From contig CBDVDR010000003.1 in the NCBI GenBank assembly GCA_965372795.1, positions 64,001 to 128,000 of the forward strand: a DNA stretch of 64,000 bases. The letters run 5' to 3'. The translations under genes and the position numbers were made by a program. Each line of letters opens with the position of its first letter. The stretch's first letter is position 1. The notes beneath the pieces are model-generated. The model had not been told where the DNA came from. It saw nothing but the letters and a program-made list of their open reading frames with translations, and searched no databases. Shown here one piece after another: positions 58,035-64,000 of this stretch. This DNA comes from an uncultured bacterium (GTDB taxonomy: Bacteria > Zixibacteria > MSB-5A5 > GN15 > FEB-12).

Positions 58035-60176
58035 ATGATTAAAAATGTAATTATTATTATTCTGACAATATGTGTATCAATCAATGCACAAAATCAATTA
58101 TCCTTAAAACAGAACTTGACTGTTCTATCCTGTCCAGATCCAAAACCGGTAATGTTTACTTTATTTGGTCCACATACAATTTCTCCCGGTGAAGTTATCG
58201 GAGACAGACTTATGGGAATAGTCGAAAATATAGGTTCTGATACAACAGGATTATTGAGTGTAGGTATATATTTTTCACAAGATTCTATCATAACAACATC
58301 AGATGATTTGTTATTATACGGAAGAGAATTTTTAGGATCCATTCCTTCTGGAGGTGCGAGCCTGATTTCATTCTATGATTCTTTATTAATTCCGGGTGAT
58401 TATCCACTTGGAACCACATATTTGGGAATTATCATTGATGATATAAATACAATTGCTGAATGTGATGAGAATAATAATGCACTTTTTATTACGCTAACGA
58501 TTTCAACGCAAGCATCATCAAAACTTTTGGTACCAACTGTGTATCCGACAATCATGGCTGCCATAGCTGCTGCGTTTCCATACGACACAATTGAAATATC
58601 AGCAGGGGAGTATGATGAAGAAATAATTATCGATAAAGATTTAGTAATAATTGGTGCTGGGCAGGAGAATACTATTCTAAAAAATTCTCTTACTGATATC
58701 CATATTATGTCTATCTCAAATGCTGAAGTAGAAATTCAAAATTTACAATTTCGCGGATGGTATACTCAACCGGATTGGTTAAGCCGGGCTATTGATGTTG
58801 AATTTAGCAATCTATCGGTTACTAATTGTCTGTTTTTTGAAATTGGTAATTATTGTATCTACTCGCAAGAGAGTATCTTGGATATTGATAATATTGAAAT
58901 GGAAGTTACTATTGGAATTAGTGATGTAGGTATCCAGTTTTGGGATTCCGAATGCAAGATAGGAAATAGCCGTGGTGGCAATAAAATAGATCATGTCTTT
59001 GATGCTCGTGGTTATTCAAGAGGGGTTATTGAAAATAATATTATTGATGGTTCAGCTATTTATTGGGGGCAGGGTATTCGAGTCATGGATAGCTCTGTAA
59101 TTTTTATCAGAAATAATGTGATAATTGGGCAGCATGATGAAAATACAGTGATCTCCGAAACAGGCCCGATCCCATCAGCTATTGCATATGATGGCCATTG
59201 GCTTGATTTCTCGTACGTAGAAATTTATAATAATATTATGCAGGGTTTTATTTATGGTTTGTATGCCGGTTCCAGATCTACTGGAAAAGTTTATAATAAT
59301 ATTATCAGCAACAATGTTATTTATGGTATCAAAACCGGTCTATTAGACAACGAAACTATTATTGATCTGGGTGGTGGTGGTTTTGCCAGTGTGGGTAATA
59401 ATTTAATCGAAAACAATGGTGACGGCAATTTTTGGAATCAAAATGCCGGTTCTGTGTCTGCTAAACATAACTATTGGGGTTCTTACGATTCTACAGTTAT
59501 TGACAACACCATTTATGATAATGAAGAAGATGTTACAGTAGGTGAAGTATACTTTATGCCTTATGGGTATTATACTAATACAGGTTCCAACGTTATGTTA
59601 GATTTAGGGAATGGAATATCGATAACTTTTAATTCCATTGTTGAAGCGGGAGTAACATCTGCAGATACGAGTAACAGTGGGCCGGAACCTCCCGAGAATT
59701 TCTTGTTGGTTCCATCTTCTCCGCCGCTATATTTTAATATTAATTCCAGTGCTGACTACTCGGGCAGTATTGAAATTTGCATTGCTTATAATGAATCTGA
59801 CATTTCTGGAAATGAATCCTTGTTACAGCTTAATAAATATTTTAATGGAGAATGGGTGGATATTACATCATCACTCGATATTTTGAACAACATTATTTGT
59901 GGTATATCATATTCACTGTCGATGTTTGTATTTGTAGAGCCGATTCTTTGTTGCAATTTATCTGGTGATGCGAACAATGATGACGAAGTAGGAATTTCCG
60001 ATCTTACATTCTTTGTTGACTATATGTTTATTCCCGGATCCCCAGGTCCTGATTGTTTCGAAGAATTTGATAACAATGGTGATTGTGAATTAGGAATCTC
60101 CGATTTAACATACTTTGTAGACTATATGTTTGTTCCAGGTTCCATACCTCCAGTAGATTGTCATGGGTGTAAATAA
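58035..60176 (+). CDS. Secreted CARDB/Ig-like + parallel beta-helix protein with C-terminal dockerin-like domain
   Basis: Signal peptide; ECDENNN; VPTVYPTIMAAI..G.Y.E; NN-rich beta-helix; CCNLSGDANND..ISDLTFFVDYMF duplicated. Confidence 0.85.
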   Translation: MIKNVIIIILTICVSINAQNQLSLKQNLTVLSCPDPKPVMFTLFGPHTISPGEVIGDRLMGIVENIGSDTTGLLSVGIYFSQDSIITTSDDLLLYGREFLGSIPSGGASLISFYDSLLIPGDYPLGTTYLGIIIDDINTIAECDENNNALFITLTISTQASSKLLVPTVYPTIMAAIAAAFPYDTIEISAGEYDEEIIIDKDLVIIGAGQENTILKNSLTDIHIMSISNAEVEIQNLQFRGWYTQPDWLSRAIDVEFSNLSVTNCLFFEIGNYCIYSQESILDIDNIEMEVTIGISDVGIQFWDSECKIGNSRGGNKIDHVFDARGYSRGVIENNIIDGSAIYWGQGIRVMDSSVIFIRNNVIIGQHDENTVISETGPIPSAIAYDGHWLDFSYVEIYNNIMQGFIYGLYAGSRSTGKVYNNIISNNVIYGIKTGLLDNETIIDLGGGGFASVGNNLIENNGDGNFWNQNAGSVSAKHNYWGSYDSTVIDNTIYDNEEDVTVGEVYFMPYGYYTNTGSNVMLDLGNGISITFNSIVEAGVTSADTSNSGPEPPENFLLVPSSPPLYFNINSSADYSGSIEICIAYNESDISGNESLLQLNKYFNGEWVDITSSLDILNNIICGISYSLSMFVFVEPILCCNLSGDANNDDEVGISDLTFFVDYMFIPGSPGPDCFEEFDNNGDCELGISDLTYFVDYMFVPGSIPPVDCHGCK

Positions 60177-60201
60177 TATAATAACTATTTAAATGATATC
60201 A

Positions 60202-60292
60202 TAACCATCGGATCCATCAACCAGGTTTTGCCTGCGAGACCCTGGATGGCGTATATTATTATTCTGTTCAAACGAGTTAACCCAATCTGATT
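60202..60292 (+). repeat. Second att-like repeat with tRNA-Lys 3' end
   Basis: TAACCATCGGATCCATCAACCAGGTTTTGCCTG, then CCCTGGATGGCGTATATT.TTATTCTGTTCAAACGAGTTAACCCAATCTGATT, matching 56120-56172. Confidence 0.9.
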
Positions 60293-60682
60293 GTAAAGAA
60301 ATAAATTGTGAGTTGGACATTCATAAATTATTAATCTTCACATTAACAAATGCGAGTTTTAACAGAAGATTTAATTCAACATCATAACTTTCCCTAAAGA
60401 TTATAACGAGAAATAAAGAGATAGATATCCATATAAATCATGTCTTATTTGTACTGTTTCCTTAAGTTTTTATTAAAAAATCCAAAATAGTTAGTGCATT
60501 AAAAATTTAATTTAATATATTCAATCCCATTGGAGTATGTTAATAATTTCACAAGCCCTATCTGAAGGACTACAACATTTTGATATCAACAGCGATTAAA
60601 ACTACTTATCCTCCAGTAATATTTATATCTTTTATAAAATTTAAAATCATTGTAATTAATAATAAAAATGTAGGGAATCATT

Positions 60683-61390
60683 ATGACAGATAATGGACAG
60701 TATGACATTAATTTTTTCAGAGCAAAAACACCACACGCCAAAGCTAATAGAAATCTAATTATAACATTAGCATTAGTTTGGGCTGTAGCTGTTTTTGGGT
60801 TTCAATTTCTTCTTATAATATTTAACGAAGAAACTCCGGAAAAATCATATACTACATTTCAGTCCTTATGGCCGGCTGTGATTGAAAATTCAGAAGCCAG
60901 CCTGGAAGACAAGCAGGAATTTTCCAAAACTCTTCTTTCTGTCTTAGGAAAAAGCTCAACTGTAACAATTGCTCATCAAACTGTTCTAAAAGAAATGTTA
61001 AGTTGGAACATTTTTACAATGGTGTCGGATTCTGATAAAACTCTTCTTACTGAGAGACCGACTGAACAAACTATTTCATTGGCGAAAGAAACAATTGGAT
61101 TAGCGTCTACTGGGTTTGATAAGATTATGGTTAATCTTTTGCCATATTCAATTGTAAAAGTAGAATCAGGTTTGCTTAAACCGGCGACTAAAGAAGCACT
61201 TCCCAAAATAATGAAATTATATCTTGTTCATAATCAAAGTGAACTAACGAATTATAATTTTATAGGATTTCCTTTTCACTACTGGTATACAGCTCAATTC
61301 TTACTAATTCTGTTTGTTGTTCTTTGTTTAATTTATGCAATATTGATTGATCGATTCAACCGCAAACATAACTTCGTTGAAGAAGTCTAA
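60683..61390 (+). CDS. DUF4212-type solute:sodium symporter small subunit with a large inserted loop
   Basis: N...I...L.VWAVAVFG and GFPFHYWYTAQF at the two ends; upstream of an SSS gene. Confidence 0.8.
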   Translation: MTDNGQYDINFFRAKTPHAKANRNLIITLALVWAVAVFGFQFLLIIFNEETPEKSYTTFQSLWPAVIENSEASLEDKQEFSKTLLSVLGKSSTVTIAHQTVLKEMLSWNIFTMVSDSDKTLLTERPTEQTISLAKETIGLASTGFDKIMVNLLPYSIVKVESGLLKPATKEALPKIMKLYLVHNQSELTNYNFIGFPFHYWYTAQFLLILFVVLCLIYAILIDRFNRKHNFVEEV

Positions 61391-61416
61391 TTTAAAAAAT
61401 ATTATGGAGAAAAAGA

Positions 61417-63093
61417 GTGAGTAACATTATAAAAATACTATTATTGGTTACTATTTTAATACTAATCTCAGGCAATATATTTGCCCAATCTGATGTTAAA
61501 CTTGAAGGTGATTTCAAATTGGGACCTGCAATAATCCTTATAATTTTGTTGGTAACCTTTATTCTTGTTGGTGTTTTCAACAGAGCAAAAGACACTTCTA
61601 CCTATTGGGCTGCCGGAAGAAAGATTTCTCCTATCGGTGCCGGCATGGCTATAGCCTCTAACTGGATGAGTGCAGCATCTTTTTTGGGGATGGCGGCAAT
61701 TATGTATGGAGCCGGATATCACGGGTTAGCCTATGTTGTCGGATGGACTGGTGGATATGTATTACTGTTAATCCTTATGGCTGGTCAGATCAGGCGATAC
61801 GGAAAATACACTGCTGCTGATTTTATAGGTGATCGTTATTACTCTACTGGACTTAGAGGATATGGTGCCGCATTAGCAATTTTCATTTCATTTTCATATT
61901 GTGTTGGTCAGTTTGCCGGAATCGGTTTAATGTTTAAATGGATTCTGGGTATTGATTATGCCTGGGCTGTTATTATCGGAGCATCCGTTGTTTTAGCTTA
62001 TACATTAATTTCAGGAATGTTGGGTGTTACGAAAAACATGCAAATTCAATATGTAATCATCATCATATCCTTTATCATCCCCTTATTTATTATCAGCTAT
62101 AAATTGGGTTACTTCTATTGGCTGCCGCAGATTGGATACGGTGCTGTTATTACTGATGTTGTAAACGGGATTGCTCCAGGAAAAGGGTTATCTGCTTTGG
62201 GGCATGATTTTGCTATCTTGCCTTCACCAGAATTTGCAATGCCATGGGATCCGGCAACAGGTAAAACAGCCTTTCAATGGATTGCTATTTGTTTCTCATT
62301 GATGGTTGGTACTGCAGGGCTTCCTCATGTAATTCAAAGATTCTATGTTGTCCCAAGAGCCAAAGATGCCAGATGGTCTGTTGTCTGGGGATTATTTTTC
62401 ATTTGCATCCTTTACTGGAGTGCACCGGTTTATTCTGCATTTGGAAAAATTTTATCAGCCCATCCCGAAGTTGGTCAGTTGAATAAAGATGCGATTGTTG
62501 TTTATACTGCCCAGTTAGCAGATGTCTTACCATTAATAGTAGGCTTCTTAGCTGCCGGGGCTATTTCTGCTGCTTTCTCTACCGTTTCAGGTCTTTTAGT
62601 TGCCGGTGCATCTGCCTTCTCTCATGACATATATTTCAAAATTATTAATCCACAGGCCTCAGAGAAGAAACAGATGTTGATGGCAAGATTGGGAACAATT
62701 TTAATGGCAGTTGCTGTTGTTACTGTCGCACTGTTAAAATTGGGATTGATCGCTCAGTTAGTAGCTGTAGCTTTCTCATTGGCAGGATGTACCATTTTTC
62801 CATTGTTTGTTCTGGGTATCTGGTGGAGTGGTTCTAACAGAGCCGGTGCCTGGGCTGGTTTGATCGCAGGTTCATCGGTGTCGCTAATTGCTCTTGTCTA
62901 CTTTGTGACTGGGAAATATGGCGTAATACTTCCGTTACAGGAAACGATAACTTACTATTTAAATGCCTGGTACTTTGCTATTTTTGGAGCCCCGATTGCC
63001 TTGATTACAAATATTATTGTTTCAAAACTATCTAAGCAAAAAACACCGCTTGAAATTAAGAAATTACTGGCAGAAAAAGTACATAATTTATAA
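61417..63093 (+). CDS. Sodium:solute symporter (ActP / VC_2705-like)
   Basis: MAIASNWMSAASFLG, VGWTGGY, GTAGLPHV..RFY, AAFSTVSGLL. Confidence 0.9.
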   Translation: MSNIIKILLLVTILILISGNIFAQSDVKLEGDFKLGPAIILIILLVTFILVGVFNRAKDTSTYWAAGRKISPIGAGMAIASNWMSAASFLGMAAIMYGAGYHGLAYVVGWTGGYVLLLILMAGQIRRYGKYTAADFIGDRYYSTGLRGYGAALAIFISFSYCVGQFAGIGLMFKWILGIDYAWAVIIGASVVLAYTLISGMLGVTKNMQIQYVIIIISFIIPLFIISYKLGYFYWLPQIGYGAVITDVVNGIAPGKGLSALGHDFAILPSPEFAMPWDPATGKTAFQWIAICFSLMVGTAGLPHVIQRFYVVPRAKDARWSVVWGLFFICILYWSAPVYSAFGKILSAHPEVGQLNKDAIVVYTAQLADVLPLIVGFLAAGAISAAFSTVSGLLVAGASAFSHDIYFKIINPQASEKKQMLMARLGTILMAVAVVTVALLKLGLIAQLVAVAFSLAGCTIFPLFVLGIWWSGSNRAGAWAGLIAGSSVSLIALVYFVTGKYGVILPLQETITYYLNAWYFAIFGAPIALITNIIVSKLSKQKTPLEIKKLLAEKVHNL

Positions 63094-63165
63094 AACTGAG
63101 AATTACTTTATAAGGATTTGAAAACGGGAACCGTCAAAACCAAAATTGCTTTTAAGGAGATAAGA

Positions 63166-64000
63166 ATGCGTAAATTTTTTACATTGCTAACAATTTTGCT
63201 TGTGATTGCAAACGCAAGTACATTGGTTGCCGAAGTAAAAATTTCAGGGGACGCTAAAATTCGTCCAAGATTGGATATCAAAGACAATGGTGAATTTGGT
63301 AACAAAACATCAAATGGTTATTATTATTATCTGGCACGTTTGAATTTAAAATCAGATATAGGCGAAGGCTGGTTTGGGCATATTCAACTTGGTAGCAATG
63401 GTTATGGCTATTTTACTGGTAAATTTGGCGACCCAATAGAATCAGGAGCATCTATACCAAGCAGTTCTTCTGTTGATGGCGCTAGTCGCGGTCCGGTTGA
63501 TTTTATGCTTGTTTATTTTGGTCGTCATACCAAAAAGCTCGGGTATATGGGTGGCTTGATGCCAGTCAATGGAATTACTAATCCGATGTTCGATTTACAC
63601 TACTATTCTGACAAAATGGTTGATGTTCCTTACTACCTCTATAGTAACAATGGAGCTTATGGATTTAGTGGATACGTTGGTTTTGAGAATGGTGGGAAAA
63701 TTAATGCATCAATCTTTGTTGATAACAATGATGGCGTCAGAACAGAAAACAGAAGTGGTGTGATAACTGAAGATATCATAGATCAATATACTTTAATGTT
63801 AGATGCTCCTCTAATCATTTCAGATTTTACAGTACAGCCGGTATTACTTTTTACAGCCGTTGTTCAGGATTCAACAGAGGCACCAATTACTTATGGTCTT
63901 AATATATCAACTCCAAAAATCGTTCTGTTTAATTTTTATGGTTCTTTTGGAATTAGTTCTCAGAAGGAAGAGGGCACTTCGGAATACAAGGCTTGGTATA
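63166..64000 (+). CDS. Probable outer-membrane beta-barrel/porin, 3' truncated by window edge
   Basis: AAGGAG RBS; MRKFFTLL..VAEVKISGDAKIRPRLD...RLNLKSDIGEGW; frame is open to the window end. Not in the supplied ORF track. Confidence 0.7.
   Translation, partial: MRKFFTLLTILLVIANASTLVAEVKISGDAKIRPRLDIKDNGEFGNKTSNGYYYYLARLNLKSDIGEGWFGHIQLGSNGYGYFTGKFGDPIESGASIPSSSSVDGASRGPVDFMLVYFGRHTKKLGYMGGLMPVNGITNPMFDLHYYSDKMVDVPYYLYSNNGAYGFSGYVGFENGGKINASIFVDNNDGVRTENRSGVITEDIIDQYTLMLDAPLIISDFTVQPVLLFTAVVQDSTEAPITYGLNISTPKIVLFNFYGSFGISSQKEEGTSEYKAWY

Overview
This is a 64 kb AT-rich window of a Gram-negative bacterial chromosome. It carries Kdo/lipid A genes, three secreted proteins with C-terminal dockerin-like repeats, and one protein with a FlgD/'YPNPFNP' sorting domain; that combination suggests Zixibacteria or a related FCB-type lineage (inference). 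Housekeeping blocks: ABC-F, kdsA-kdsC-kdsD-lpxL-like, yhaM, fetAB, M14 peptidase, AI-2E, SSS symporter. Two tRNA-anchored accessory regions lack any integrase in the window. (1) Downstream of tRNA-Ser(GGA): a cyclase/STAND/TPR + DUF3307 + cNMP-binding locus, repeated tRNA 3' fragments, and a mosaic of recurring non-coding modules that separate single-gene cargo units. These are followed by a holin-amidase pair and a sigma54-promoter-led six-gene operon with a convergent GAFTGA activator. That operon (acidic-leader/cationic amphipathic protein, HExxH protein, conserved unknown protein, atypical PLP enzyme, PG-binding peptidase, amidohydrolase) is the best candidate for an undescribed system. 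(2) tRNA-Lys(CTT) is followed by two tandem cargo units, each ended by a duplicated tRNA 3' end. Also notable: a kinase-TPR-GAF-sigma54 activator next to a small secreted peptide, and a very basic histone-like protein with a Myb-like core. All product calls come from motif recognition by eye; no database searches were run.
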